Below are positions 13,911 to 28,327 of a DNA stretch of 64,000 nt, piece by piece. How positions within the stretch are numbered: position 1 is the first letter of the stretch; every line of letters starts with the position of its first letter. The notes beneath the pieces were generated by a model. That model did not search any database and was not told the DNA's origin. It saw nothing but the letters and a program-made list of their open reading frames with translations. A program made the position numbers and the translations under genes. The stretch is taken from the NCBI RefSeq assembly GCF_009914755.1, contig NC_060929.1; one strand, written 5' to 3'. The stretch comes from the human T2T-CHM13v2.0 reference genome, Homo sapiens.

Positions 13911-14017
13911 AGAGCTAGCCAAATTGTAAAAGCTAAGTACCCATCAGTAAATGTTTAAGTTATGTTTAGCCCTATCATGCTCTATATCATCATGGAGTGC
14001 TTAAGAAAAACATAATA

Positions 14018-14327
14018 AGCCAGGCACGGTGGCTTATGCCTGTAATCCTAACACTTAGGGAGGCCATGGCGGGCAGATCACCTGAGGTCAGGTGTTTGAG
14101 ACCAGCCTGACCAATATGGCAAAACCCCGTCTCTACTAAAAATACAAAAATTAGCCGGCTGTGGTGGCACATGCCTGTAATCCCAGCTACTCAGGAGGCT
14201 GAGGCAGGAGAATCACTTGAACCCAGGAGGCAGAGGTTGCAGTGAGCTGAGATCACGCCACTGCACACCAGCCTGGGTGACAGAGTAAGACTCTGTCTCA
14301 GAAAAAAAAAAAAAAGAAAAGAAAGAA
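14018..14327 (+). mobile_element. Alu (AluSx-like)
   Basis: TSD aagaaaa(a/g)cataata at 14003-14017 and 14328-14342. Confidence 0.97.
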
Positions 14328-14679
14328 AAGAAAAGCATAATAATACAGCAATTATGGTAAATAGAATAAAGGCAAGCTAGGACTAATACAAAATGCTCTG
14401 GCCTACATGAAATATGCATGCATTAGAAAAAATACCTTGTATTGTATTTCCTTTTATTGTATTTCCTTTCATGTTCACAGTGGCTGATCTTTCCCTATTC
14501 TTATAACAGTCAACAGTTTGTGTATTTACATGTGCCAGACCCTGCATTTAGTGTTTTATAGATATCCTTATTTAAACATTAACCATAGGATGAGATTATA
14601 TCTTTTTTTAAACCATTACCATGAATACTTTTATTTTTTTAGCACAGACTATTATAAGTGGATGACCAGTTTTCATCCT

Positions 14680-15150
14680 TTTTATTTAAACAGCTTTATT
14701 GTGGCATATTTTACATATCACAGAATTCATCTATTTCAATACAATTCAGTGATTTCTAGTAACCTTACCAAGAAATGCAGTCATCACCATAGTCCAGTTT
14801 TATAATTTTTTATTTCCCTACTAAGCTCCTTCGTGTCTATTTACATTTAATCCTCATTTCTACTCCCAGCCCCAGACAATCACTAATTTAATTTCTGTCT
14901 CTATATTGCCTTTTCTGGACATTTTATATAAATGGAATTATACATTATGTGGTCCCTTGGTCTTTTGTACCTGGCTTCTTTCACTTAGTGTAATGGTTTT
15001 GAGTTTTGTCTATTTCATAGCACATGTCAGCAGTTTATTCCTTTTTATTGCTGAGAAAATCTCCCAGTATAGTGAATATACCAGCTTTTGTCTATCCATT
15101 TGCCAGATGATGGACATTTAAGTTGTTTATGGTTTGGGGATATTATAAAT
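14680..15150 (-). mobile_element. L1MB-like 3' end lying between two halves of a MIR (~14500-14610 and ~15155-15290)
   Basis: aacagctttattgtggcata...tggcttctttcacttag...gatggacattt; MIR core gatgaagaaactgtggc follows. Confidence 0.7.
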
Positions 15151-18100
15151 ATATACCATTTCTTAGATGAAGAAACTGTGGCCTCCAAGAAGGTCAGTAA
15201 CTCTCCCCAGATTGCACAGCTACTCAATGTCAGAGCCAGGGTTTGGATCCAAGCTTACCCAACTCCAAAACCCAATCACGCTGTTTATTGCTAGAATTAG
15301 GGGATGAATTTTGTCCTTTATATTTTTGTTTCTATACATCTTATGATATATATTTTATAATTTAAAATTTTGTTAGAAGTGTTTAAATATCTTTAAATTG
15401 TGACCAATAAAGCTATGATGTGTTACCTCTTCCAGGGATAGTCAGATTTTGTGGATAAAGTGTTAGCTTTATTCATTCCTTCAGTAAAGCTGTCACATTT
15501 CAGCCCTCAACAAAAGATAAACCAAAGACAGGGACCATGGTAGCAGGCTACCCCAGAGATGCCTTGCAGATTTACCTCTGCTGAAGCCTCTGGACTTTGT
15601 GCTAGCACTGCCATAGAATTGCTCAGGGTCCTCCTGGAACCATAAGACATCCCGGGCTTCTGTTTGAAGCTGAAGGTTAAAGATGAGGCCAGAACAACCT
15701 GAGTGATAGGAGTAAAGTGTTCCTCAATGAAAACATTTCCTGATCAATCTGTCTTTTATGAAGTCAGACAAAAGTTGAGTAAATCCTGGTATTTTTACTG
15801 GTTTGTTTTTCAATGCTTGGAAATGTTTTACTGAGTGTAGGCATTTTTCTGTGGGTCTTAACAGCAGTTACACTTCATAATCATCTTAAAACACACCTAA
15901 CATAAAATTTACCATCTTGGCCATTTTTAACTGTACAATTCAGTGGTATGAAACATATTCATAATGTTTAATAATCATCACCATCCAGCTCCATAACTGA
16001 TTTTCATCTTGTAAAGCTGAAACTCTACACATATCGAAAAGTAACTCCTTATGTCTCCCACTCCCCAGCCCCTGGCAACCAGTCTATATGTTTCTATGAT
16101 TTTGACAACTCTAAATACCTCATAAAAATGAGATCAGGCAGTATTTCTTTTTGTGACTGGCTTATTTCACTTAGCATCATATGCTCATAGTTCATCCATG
16201 TTGTAGCATATGTCAGAATTTCCTTCCTTTCTCAGCCTGAATAGTATTTTATTGTATGTATATGCCACAATTTGCTTATCCATTCATCTGTTGAATGGAC
16301 ACTTGGGCTGCTCCGTGTTTTAGCAAATGTGAGTAGTGCTGCTCTGAACATGGGTGATAAATTTCCCTAAAATTTTGTGTTCAATTATTTGGACATATAC
16401 CAAGACGTGAAATTGCTGGATTGTATGGTTATCTGTTTTTAATTTTTTCAGGAACTTCCATACTGTTTTCCAAGTAGCTATACCATTTTACATTCCCACT
16501 TGCAGTGCTCAAGGGTTCCAATTTTCCACTTTCTCCACATCCTCACCAACACTTATTTTCTGTTTTTTGATAGTAACCTTTCTAGCAAGTGTAAAGTGGT
16601 ATCTTATTATAATTCTGATTTGTATTTCTCTAATGATTAGTGATGCTGAGCATCTTTTCATGTGCTTATTGGCCATTTGATTATTCTCTTTGGAGAAATG
16701 TCTATTCAAGTCCTTTGCCCACTTTTGAATTAGTTTTTTGTTGTTGTTGCTGTTGAGTTTTAAGAGTTCTCTATATATTCTGGACATTAATCTCTTATCA
16801 GATATATGATTTGCAAATATTTTCTTCTATTTGTGGTTTGCCTTTTTACTCTGTTGATACTGTCTTTTGATTTACAAAATTTTAAAATTTTCATAAAATC
16901 CAATTTGTCTATTTTTCTCTTGTCGCCTGTGCCTTTGGTATCATATTCAAGAAATCATTGCCAAACCAGTGTTTCAAAACTTTTGCCCTATGTTTTCTTC
17001 TAAGAATTTTATAGTTTAGTTCTTACATTTAGGTCCTTGGTCCATTTTGAGTTAATTTTTGCATATGATATTCGGTAAGGGTCCAACTCCATTCTTTTGC
17101 ATGTGGATATTCAGTTTTCTCAACATCATTTGTTGAAATGATTGTTCTTTCCTCATTGAGTGGTCTTAGCAGCCTTGTCAAAAATCATTTGATGATATAT
17201 ATAAGGGTTTATTTCTGTGTTCTGTATTCTATTCCATTGGTCTATTTGTCTGTCTTTATGCCAATAACATAGTAGTAACTTTTGAAATCAGGAAGTGTGA
17301 GTCCTCCGGGTTTGTAATTTTTCAAGAATGTTTGGCTATTTGGGGTCCCTTGAGATTCTATATGAATTTTAGAATGGGTTCTTCTATTTCTGTAAAAAAA
17401 AGTCATTGGTATACTGATAGAGATTGCATTGAATCTATAGATTGCTCTGGGTTATATTGACATCTTAACAGTTTTATCCAAACATGGGATGTGTTTCAAT
17501 TTATTTAGGTCTTTAATTTCTTTCAGTAATATTTTATAGTTTTCATTGTACAAGTCTTTCACCTCCTTGGTTATTTCCTAAGTATTTTATTATTTTTGAT
17601 ATTACCATAAATGGAATTGCTTTTGTAATTTGCTTTGCAGATTGTTCATTGTCAGTATGTAGACATCCAACTGATTTTTGTATGTTGACTTTGTATCCTA
17701 CTACTGTGAATAATTCCTCTATTAGCTCTAAAAGCTTTTTGTGAAATCTTTAGGATTTTCTGCATATCATATTATCTTTGAACAGAAATGATTTTATTCT
17801 TCCTTTTTAGTTTGGATGATTTTTATTTTTTTTCTTGACTAATGTTTCAGGCTAGAACTTCCAGTACTATGTTAAGTAGAAACGGTGAAGGTAGGCATCC
17901 TTGCCTTATTCCTGATCTTAGAGGAAAGGTTTTTGTCTTCTACCATTGAGTATGATGCTTATTTTAAATTTTTTCATATATGGCTTTTATTATGTTGGGG
18001 TAATATGTAATAGGAATGTCCTCCTATTCCTAGTTCATTGGAATGTTTTTATTATGAAAATGGTTGATTTTTGTCAAATGCTTTTTCTGCATTTGTTGAG

Positions 18101-19082
18101 ATAATTGTGGTATTTTTTCTTTATTATTTTAACATGGTATATTACATTGATTATTACATGCTGAAACATCCTTGCATTCCAGAATTAATCCCACTTGATA
18201 CACAATCTTTTTAATATGCTGCTAAATTTGGTTTGCTAGTATTTTGTTGAGAATTTTTGCATCAATATTCTTAAGGAATATTAGTCTGTAGTTTTCTTTT
18301 TTTGTTGTGTCTTTGGCTTTGGTATCAGAGTAATGCTGGCCTCACTGAATTAGTTAGAAAGTGTTCCCTACTTTTCAATTTTTTGGGAAAATTTGAGAAA
18401 TACTGGTATTAGTTCTTCTTTAATTGTTTGATAAAATTCCCCAGTGAAGCCACCAGGTCCAGGGCTTTTCTTTGCTTAGGAATTTTTTTTAATACTGACT
18501 CAATCTCCTTACTAGTTATAGGTCTATTCAGGTTTTCTATTTCTTTATGATTTAGACCTGGTAGTTTTTGAGTTTCTGAGAATTTCCTCATTTCATTTAG
18601 ATTATCCAGTTTGTTGGTGTACAATTGTTCATAGTACTCTCTAATAATCTTTTTTATTTCTTAAAAAGAATAATACTGAATCAGTAGTAAGTTCCCCTTT
18701 TATTTTTAATTTTAGTAATTTGAGACTTTTCTGTTCTTTTTTTTGTCTATCAAGCTAAAAGTATTTCAATTTTTTTTCTCTTTTCAAAGAATCAACTTTT
18801 GGTTTCACTGATTTTCTTTATTGTTTTCTAGTTTCTATTTATCTCTGCTCTAGTATTATTTTTTCTTCCTTCTACTAGCTTTGGGTTTAGTTGTAAAGTT
18901 AGGTTTTTGATTTGAGATCTTTCTTGTTTTTAATGTAAGTATTTATAGCTATAAGTTTCCTTCTTAGCATTGCTTTCCCTTCATCCCTTAAGTTTTTGGA
19001 ATGGTGTCTTTTTTTAAATTTATATCTAAGTATTTTCAAATGTTCCTGTGATTTCCTCTTTGTTCCATTGGTTGTTTAATAA

Positions 19083-19465
<383 letters not shown>

Positions 19466-19794
19466 AGAAAATACTTTTTATGATAGTTATCCTTTTAAAT
19501 CTATTGAGACTTAATTTGTGGCCTAACATATAGTCTATTTTGGAAAATGCCCCATGTGCACTTGAGAAAAATGTGCATGCTGTTGTTGTTAGGTAGAGTG
19601 TTCTGCATATGTCTGCTAGATCTAATTCATTTATTGTGATGTTTGTCTTCTATTTCCCTACTTTTCTTTTCTCTGGTGACCTATTCATTATTGAGAGTGG
19701 GCTATTGAAGTGTCCAACTATTATTGTAGAACTATCTTATTTCTCCCTTGAATTCTGTCTGTTTATGCTTCATATATATATATATATATATATA

Positions 19795-20106
<312 letters not shown>

Positions 20107-21847
20107 GCTTCATATATTTTAATAGTCTGTCATTAGGTGCATACATGTTTATAATGATTATGTCTTCTTGATGTATTAAACCTTTTATTAATATATAATG
20201 TCCTTTAACTCTTGTAAGTTTAAAAAATTAAAGTCTATATTGTCTGATGTTAATATAACCACCTCTGCTCTCTTTCAGCTACTATTTTCATGGAATATCT
20301 TTTTCCATTCTTTCACTTTCAATCTATTTGTGTCTTTGGATCTAAAATGAGTCTCTTGTAGACAGCAAATAGTTAGATCATGTGTTTTTAATCCCTTCTG
20401 CTAATCTCTGTCTTTTCACTGGAAAGTTTAAGCCATTTGTATTTAAAGTAGTTGCTGATGAGGAAGGACTTACTTCTGTCATAATGTTATTTATTATCTC
20501 CCTTATAGCTTTTTGATCTTTATTTTCTGCATTACTGTCTTATTTTATGTTTAGCTTATTTTTATATTGAAATGTTTACATTCCTTTCTCATTTCCTTTT
20601 GCGTATATTCTATAGCTATTTTCTTTGTGGTTACCATGGGGATTACATTTAACATCCTAAAGTTATAGCACTCTAATGTGATTTTATAAAAGTTTAACTT
20701 CAATAACATACACAAAGTCTGCTCCTTTACAGCTTTGCTTTTATCTCCTTAGTGATGTCACAAAATTACATCCTTATACATTGCATACCCCAAAACATAA
20801 ACTAATAATTCTTCTAAATGCACCAATCTCTTAAATTATGTGGAAAACAGTGTGAAGTTACAAATCAACATTACAATAATTCTAATTTTTAGACTAATAA
20901 TTGTTTTTTAATATGTATTAATCTCTTAAATCATGTAGAAAACAAAAAGTAGAATTACAAAGCATTGTTACAATATATTAGCTTTTATCATTGCTCATGT
21001 TATTTACCTTTACTGATATCTTTATTCCATTATACAGCTTTGAGTTACTATCTGCTGTGCTGTAATTTCACCCTATAGAATTCCTTGAGCATTTCTCACA
21101 GGGCAGGTCTACTAGTAACAGACTCCTTCAGCTTTTGTGTATTTGAGAACACCCTAATTTCTCCCTCACTTTTGAAGGATAGTTTTGCCAGATATGGGAT
21201 TCTTGGTTCACAGATGTTGTTTTTTCCTTTTAGCACATTGAGTATATTAGCCCCTGCCTTCTTACCTCCAAAGTTTCTGATTTGGAATTTGCTGATAATC
21301 TAATTGAGGGTCCACTGTATTTGAAGAGTTCTTTGTCTCTTGCTGCTCTCAAGATTCTCTTTGTCTTTTGAAAGTTTGATTATAATGTGTCTTGGTGTGG
21401 TTCCTTTTGAGTTCATCTTACTTGTAGTTTGTTAATCTTCTTGAATGTTTATATTCATGGTTTTCAACAAATTTGGAAAGTTTTCAGCCATTATTTTTTC
21501 ACATATTCTCTCTGCCTCTTTCTCTCTCTCTTCTGTTTCTTGGACTCCCACAATATGTATGTTGGTCCACTTGGTGGTATCCCACAGGTCCTTTGGACTC
21601 TGCTTTTTTTTTTCAATCTTTTTTCTTTCTGTTCCTCAGACTTGATATTTTCTATCATCTTATCTTCAAGTTCACTGATTCTTTCTTTTGCTTGCTTAAA
21701 TCTAACTGTGAATCCCTCTAATAAATGTTTAATTTTAGTTATATATTTTGGCTCCAGAATTTCTTTTTGGTTTCCTTTTAGGTTTTTAATATCCTTTTGA
21801 TACTTTCATTTTGTTCATATGTTGCTTTCTTCTGCTTTCTTGACTTT

Positions 21848-22163
21848 CTTTTTTTTGGTTGGTTGGTTGGTTGGTTGGAGACAGGGACTGCTCACTTTGT
21901 CGCTCAGGCTGGAGTGCAGTGGCATGACCTCAGATCACTGCAACTTCTGCCTCCCAGGCTCAAGTGATCCTCCTGTCTCAGACCCCCAAGTAGCTGGAGC
22001 TATAGGTGTGGCCACTGCACTCAGCATTTTTTTTTTTTTTTTTTGTAGAAACAGGGTTTTGCCATGTTGCCCAGGCTTATCTCAAACTCCTAAGCTCAAG
22101 TGATCCACCTGCCTTGGCCTCCCAAAGTGCTGAGATTACAGGTGTGAGCCACTGCACCCAGCC
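21848..22163 (-). mobile_element. Alu (AluJ) with (GGTT)n-converted tail
   Basis: ctcctaagctcaagtgatcc AluJ features; degenerate TSD tgctttcttgactttc / tgccttctagactttc. Confidence 0.93.
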
Positions 22164-23220
22164 ATGCCTTCTAGACTTTCTCCACATCCTATTAGTCCTT
22201 TGAGCATCCTTAAGACAGTTGTTTTAAAGTCTTCATTTAGTAAATCTGCCATCAGGTCTTTTTTAGGGGGGATGTTTCTGTTGATTTATTTTTTTTCCTT
22301 TGAAATGGTCACACTTTCCTGTTTCTTTGTATGACCTTGTAATATTTTTAACTGGACATTCGAAACTAATAATGTAATACCTCTGACAATCAGATTCTCC
22401 TCTTTCCCTGTGGTTTGCTATTGTTTCATTTGTTATTTATGGGGTTTGGTTTTTTTAATTTTTGTAGGTTCTCTCTGCCAAGGATCAGCCTGAGGTGTAA
22501 ACTTAAGGTCTTTCTAAGGTCTTTTCTGATCCTGCACCTTTCCCTGGGCATGTGTGGTCTCTTTCTAATTTTCCTTGTATATGCAGTTGCTTTTGAATGT
22601 TCTAGTCTTTAATGTCTAGCCCCTGAAAGTGGGGAAAAAAACATGAAAGGAAGGGGAAGAAAGGACAATTGCCTTTTAAATTCCCTGGAAGTCACTTCAG
22701 CCAGAGATGGAGGGGTTGGCAACAATGGTGGCGGGGGGCGGGAAGTAGAACAGCAGTGGCCAGTCTTCTTTTTGTCTGCACCTCTGTGATCAGGAGCAGC
22801 AATCAGTGATTAGAATGGAAATCTCTGATGTTTGGATGACAGAGCCCTTTATGTTCATCCTAGCTCCTGCAAGCTTTTTGCAAGCTACTCCAAGGACATG
22901 TGTGCAATATTACAGGCATGGCTACCTGCCATGGGGCTGAAGGTGAGAGACGGGTAGCTGCTACTGTGCTAAGAGTTAAAATTGATCAGAATTAAATGCT
23001 CTTCACTGTCTAAGCCTTCCTCTGGAGTTTTAATCCTTCAATAGACTCCAGAGCTTCAAAATAGCTACATCAGATATATTCTGCCAGTGAAATTGTTGTC
23101 TAGGTGGGGTGACAGATTCCTGGTGCTTCCTACTTTGTCACTTCCTCAGAATCCTCCCTTTTTATATGTGTCGTGTCACTAAAGATATGCATTTTAGTTA
23201 AATTTGAAAATATAGATCAA

Positions 23221-24035
23221 TGTGGTATGGTAGCCAGACTCCAAGATGGCCCCACCTCCAGATATTCATACTCTTAGACAGTCTCTTACTACATTATACC
23301 TCAGTTGTCTTGTATGTACAATGAATATGCGAAAGTAATGTGTTAATGCTGACAACTAGTTTATAAAAGATACAGCAGGCTGGGAATGGTGGCTCATGGT
23401 TATAATTCCAGCACTTTAGGAGGCCAAGGTGAGCGATCCACTTGAGGCCAGGAGTTTGAGACCAGCATAGGCAACATAGCTAGACCCTGTCTCTACAAAA
23501 AAAAAAAGTAGAAATTAGCTTGGCATGGTGGCATGTACCTGTACTCCTAGCTGCTCAGGAAGCTGAGGTGGGAGGATTATTTGAGCCCAGGAGTTCAAGG
23601 CTGCAATGAGCCATGATTGTACCACTGCACTCCAGCCTGGGTGACAGGGCAAGACCCTGACTCCAAAAACAAACAAACAAACAAACAAACAAAAAGAAGA
23701 AGAAGAGAGGCATTGCAGCTTTTGTCTTGGTCTCTCCTTCTCTCAATCTGTCTCTCTTGGATCACTGGCTCTGGAGGAAATCATGTCATCAGCAGCCTTA
23801 TGGAGAGGTTTCTGTGGTGAGGAACTAAAGCCTCTTGCCAGCAGCCATAAGACTGAACTTTGAAGAGGATCCTCTAGCCCCAGCTGCCACCTTAACTACA
23901 ACCTTACTAGAGATCCTGAATCAGAGCCAACCAACTTAATTGCTTCTCAGAAACTCTATGAGATAATAAATGTTTGTAGCTTTAAGCTACTACATTTGGG
24001 GGCAATATGTTATATATCAATAGACAGCTAATACT
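23221..24035 (+). mobile_element. MLT1F-like solo LTR interrupted by an AluJ
   Basis: Start tggtagccagactccaagatggccccc; end aataaatgtttgtagctttaagc...gctaatac. Confidence 0.8.
23378..23705 (+). mobile_element. Alu (AluJ)
   Basis: ttgaggccaggagtttgagacc...gagcccaggagttcaaggctgca; (CAAA)n tail. Confidence 0.94.
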
Positions 24036-24421
24036 TAGGGGGAAATTAACCCATAATTTCACAGTCCAAAAATTACTGTTAACATTTTGTGTGTAAAACA
24101 TTTTGTATGTGCTTTACAAATAGTTAAAAAATATGAATATAGAAGCTGTGGTGAAAAACAGTATGACAGTTCCTCAGAAATTAAACAGAATTACTATATG
24201 CACCAATAATTCCAGTTCTAGGTATATACCCTAAAGAATTAAAAGCAGAAACTCAAATATGTATTTGTATACCCATGTTTGAGCAGCATTATTCACAATA
24301 GCCAAAAGGTAGAAACAACCCAAGTGTCCATCTATGGATGAATGGATAAACAAAATGTGGAATACACAGATAATGGAATAGTATTTAACCTTAAAGAGGA
24401 ATGGAATTCTGATACATGCTA

Positions 24422-24629
24422 CAGGTTGAGCATCACAAATCTGAAAATTTAAAATTTGAAATGCTCCAAAATTCAAAACTTTTCGAGTGCTAATGTAACA
24501 TGCAAAGGAAATGTTCATTGGAGCATTTTAGGGTTTGGGATGCTCAACTGGGTAATTATATAATGCAAATATTCCAAAATCTATAACACTTCTGGTCCCA
24601 GGCATTTTTGATAAGGCATATTCAACCTG
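24422..24629 (+). mobile_element. Tigger4a (Zombi)-like TcMar MITE
   Basis: TIRs caggttgagcat / atattcaacctg; TA on left flank. Confidence 0.82.
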
Positions 24630-24805
24630 TGGAACATGGATGAACCTTCAAGACATGATGCTAAATGAAATAATCTAGACACAAAACAACAAATACTGTA
24701 TGATTCTTCTTACAGGCTATACCTAGAATAGTCAAATTCATAGAGACAGAAAGTAGAAGATTGGTTATGGGAATGAGGGAAAAAATTAAAGGGGACTTAT
24801 TTTTT

Positions 24806-25432
24806 AACTTTTAAGTTCAGGGGCACAAATGAAGGTTTGTTATATAGGTAAACTTGTGTCATGGGGGCTTGTTGTACAGATTATTTCATCACCCAGGTAT
24901 TAAGCATAATACTTATTAGTTGTTTTTCCTGATCTCCCTCCTCCCACCCTCCACCCTCTGAAAGGCCCCAGTGTGTGTTGCTCTCCTTTATGTGTTCATA
25001 TGTTCTCATCATTTAGCTCCCACTTACAAGTGAGAACATGTGGTATTTGTTTTTCTGTCCCTGTGTTAGTTTGCTGAGAATAATGACTTCCAGCTTCATC
25101 CATGTTCCTGCAAAGGACATGAACTTATTCCTTTTTATGGCTGCATAGTATTCCATGGTGTATACGTACCACATTTTCTTTATCCAGTCTGTCACTGATG
25201 GACATTTATGTTGATTCCATGTCTTTGCTATTGTGAATAGTGCTGTAATAAACATACATGTGCACATGTCTTTACAATAGAATTATTTATATTCCTTTGG
25301 GTATATACCCAGTAATAGGATTGCTGGGCCAAATGGCATTTCTGTCTTTAGGTCTTTGAGGAATCACCACATTGTCTTCCACAATGGCTGAACTAATTTA
25401 CACTGCCACCAACAGTGTATAAGCATTCCTTT
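24806..25432 (-). mobile_element. 5'-truncated L1PA (old, L1PA13-16-like)
   Basis: ORF CTCMFITALFTIAKTWNQHKCPS; TSD gggga(c/g)ttattttt at ~24791 and ~25436. Confidence 0.92.
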
Positions 25433-25706
25433 GTTGGGGAGTTATTTTTTAATGGGTACAGAATTTCAGTTTAGGATGGTGAAAAAGTTTTGGAAATGGA
25501 TAGTGGTGATTTTTGCACAATAATGTGAATGCACTTAATGTCACTGAGTTGTACACTTAAAATGGTAAATTTTATGTATATTTTACCACAATAAGAATAC
25601 ATTAATATAGAATGATATTAATTTGTAACTCTTCTCTTTACTCAATGTCATAAATGTCTTTCCATGTCAAGTAGAATGTACATCATTCTTAATATCTGGA
25701 TAGTAA

Positions 25707-26687
25707 TGATAGAGGCAGGAAGCAGAGAAATTCTAGGCAGACAGGGGCAGGTTCCCAGTGAAACACCACCTTTCAGCTGAAAAGCCTGAAGCCTGCAGTC
25801 CAAAGTGAGAACTTCTATCCCTGTTTGCCCACTTTCTCCCAATTGGTTCTTTCTGGATAATGTCTTTTTACCAATTGAATGTTGCTTTTTCCAAAACTAC
25901 ACATGGCCTGCCTTGCCCCGCCCCCTCCACATCGTGTGCCTATAAAGACCCCAGGCTCAGTTGATATAGAAGGGAGAGGGGCAACTTGGCTTCAGAGGGA
26001 AGGCTGGACTTTGGAGTAGAGATGGCTTGGCTTCAGAGAGGCAGTTTGACTTCAGGGAAGAGCCAGCCGAAGATGACCAGACTCTGGGGAAAGATTACCT
26101 GCCCATCCTGCCCCCTCTCTAGCTTCCCTCTCGCTGAGAGCCACTTCCACCACTAAATAAAATTCTCTGCCTCCACCATCTTTCAAGTGTCTGTGCAACC
26201 TCATTCTTCTTTGATGCCAGACGAGAGCACAGGACCCACTGAATACAGGTACCCAGAAAAGGCTTTCATACTGGCTCTTTGCCCTTGCTGGCAGAGGGCA
26301 GCTGCCCCATGCAATGAGGCAAGGGGCCCAATGAGCTGATAACACACTGCTGTCCATGGATGGTGGATCTAAGAGAGCACTGTAACATGCCCTCTGGAGC
26401 TTCGGGGTCACAGGCGCCCCCACCTGGGTGCTGCTGCGGGGTCCCCATGGAGCTTGCTCCTGCCAGTGGCCAAACCAGCCAGCTGGATCCCGCACTCATT
26501 TGCTCACACCTGGTTTGGCTGCAGGGCCCACATGGAGCTTGCTCCTGCTAGCGGCCAAATGGCCGGCTGGATCCTCCACTCACTTGCTCACATGCTTCCT
26601 CCTGCAAGGGGTTGAGCACCATGGGCTGAGTAAATGGGGCACCCCCGTCGCAAATCCAACAAAGCGGTCGAGAAAAATCCTGCATCA
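25707..26687 (+). mobile_element. ERV1 solo LTR (LTR27/LTR28-like)
   Basis: TG...CA termini; 4-bp TSD gtaa at 25703-25706 and 26688-26691; TATA box cctataaaga ~25940; aataaa ~26156. Confidence 0.85.
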
Positions 26688-27619
26688 GTAATGCATTTGA
26701 TGGACATCCTCTGATTTGGGTCCAAGGAAGTCATAGAACTCGGAGTTACAGACCCACTGACTTCTCCAACTACATCTCTGTTGGACATCTCTTCTCTCTT
26801 TGTCTCTCTGTGTCTCTGTTTCTTTGTCTCACTCTTTCCCTTTGTCTCTTTCATGATTTTTAATTGTAGAATTTAAGAGCCTTTCTCTTTGCAAAAATCA
26901 AGCTTTAAAAAAATGTGAGTGGAGTGGGGTACAGGAAAAATTTACTTTATTTGATTTGTTTTTCCCCCTTCTCTAGCAGATTGAGAAGCTTTCATGCTTT
27001 CTCTCCAGTTAGCTTGGGATTTTATTACCAATAAAGTGTCACTCTGTGCTCTTCAGAGCCTTACACCATTTGTAGGCTCACTATGGGCACATTTGTATTG
27101 CTGATGTGCAATCTGTGGGTTAGAAGTAAAAAATGCTAACAGAGCCTTGAGAAGCCTCCTTGCAGTGATAAGGGTTATCCTGGAGGACAGAGGCATCTCA
27201 GCAGGCTGGCTCCCTGGGAACACAGATGGAGCTCGAGAGGAGTAGGTTCAGGACTGTTTCTGTGAATGGAGAAGAGGTTTCAAAGAGATTTTTCTGAAAT
27301 TTCATTCTCTGGTTTGTTTGTGTGCTGTACAAGTAAGATGGATCACATGTTAGAGGCTGAGTCTCCAAGGGAGGATGTGTTCTGGCAGAGTCACCAGGGG
27401 GCAGGGTAATATTTCTTTCCATCACACTTTATTTTGCAGGTTTAGAAACTTGATTTTATCAGAGGTGCATAACATGGTTTGTTTATTTACCAAACTTGAT
27501 AGAGCCTGATTTGTATAAAGGGTCCACCTTAGAATTTCCACCGAACAGCACCTATCAGGTAGGCCATGTTAACACATTTCGTTATTGATAGGTAGTGGGT
27601 TGGGATTTTTTCCTCTTAG

Positions 27620-27800
27620 GATTTTGGGTTTTGGAGTCAAACATGCAAAGGTACGATAGCTTCTAATCTTAGAGAAGCTACTTGAACTTCAATTTCCTCC
27701 CCAGTAAACTAGAAAAAAAATACATTGTAAGATTATGAAAAATACATGTAATACAGTACATAAAGTATCTAGCACAGTTAGTAACACTCATAGTAAGCTC
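27620..27800 (+). mobile_element. MIR
   Basis: ttttggagtcaaaca...ttcaatttcctc...tagcacagt. Confidence 0.6.
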
Positions 27801-28327
27801 TTCATCCTTTTCCTCCTCCTAGATGAGATTAAGGGGTTTGTAATCAAGTCACAAATACCCAGGGCAGCCACTCACACAGGCAAGTACTTAATAAGCCAGC
27901 CAGGGTGCTCAAGTCCAGCTAGGCCTGGCATGCTGTTCCCTGGACAGGGTTGGTATTCAGTCCAGCAAACGTATGAGGCATGTATGGTGTCAAATACTGT
28001 GGAGGACACGACAATGTCCAAGTCATAGTTCCTGCCCTCTGAAAACACATGTGCATCCACAGAAGCCTACAGGATTTGCATTCAAGTGATTAAAATCTCA
28101 CCCAAGACTTGTGCTTCTCAAAGTGTGAATCCTGGGCCTCTGGCAGCCTGACAGAAAGTGACTGTCACATTCACAGACCTTGCAGACAACGTAGGTAGAT
28201 GGAAAAATCTCACAAACCCTAATTTATCCATATCTAAATATAAGCATATTGCATATAGTTTAAGGAATAAGGAATAAAACTCAAATAATTTTCTTAACTT
28301 GTACTTTTGATCTTAAAGAAAATTTTG

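Larger units (their letters stand above)
24145..25595 (+). mobile_element. L1MB 3' end hosting a Tigger4a and an L1PA insertion
   Basis: gaaaaacagtatgacagttcctc...; resumes at 24630 and 25433; ends gtacacttaaaatggtaaattttatg. Confidence 0.82.
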
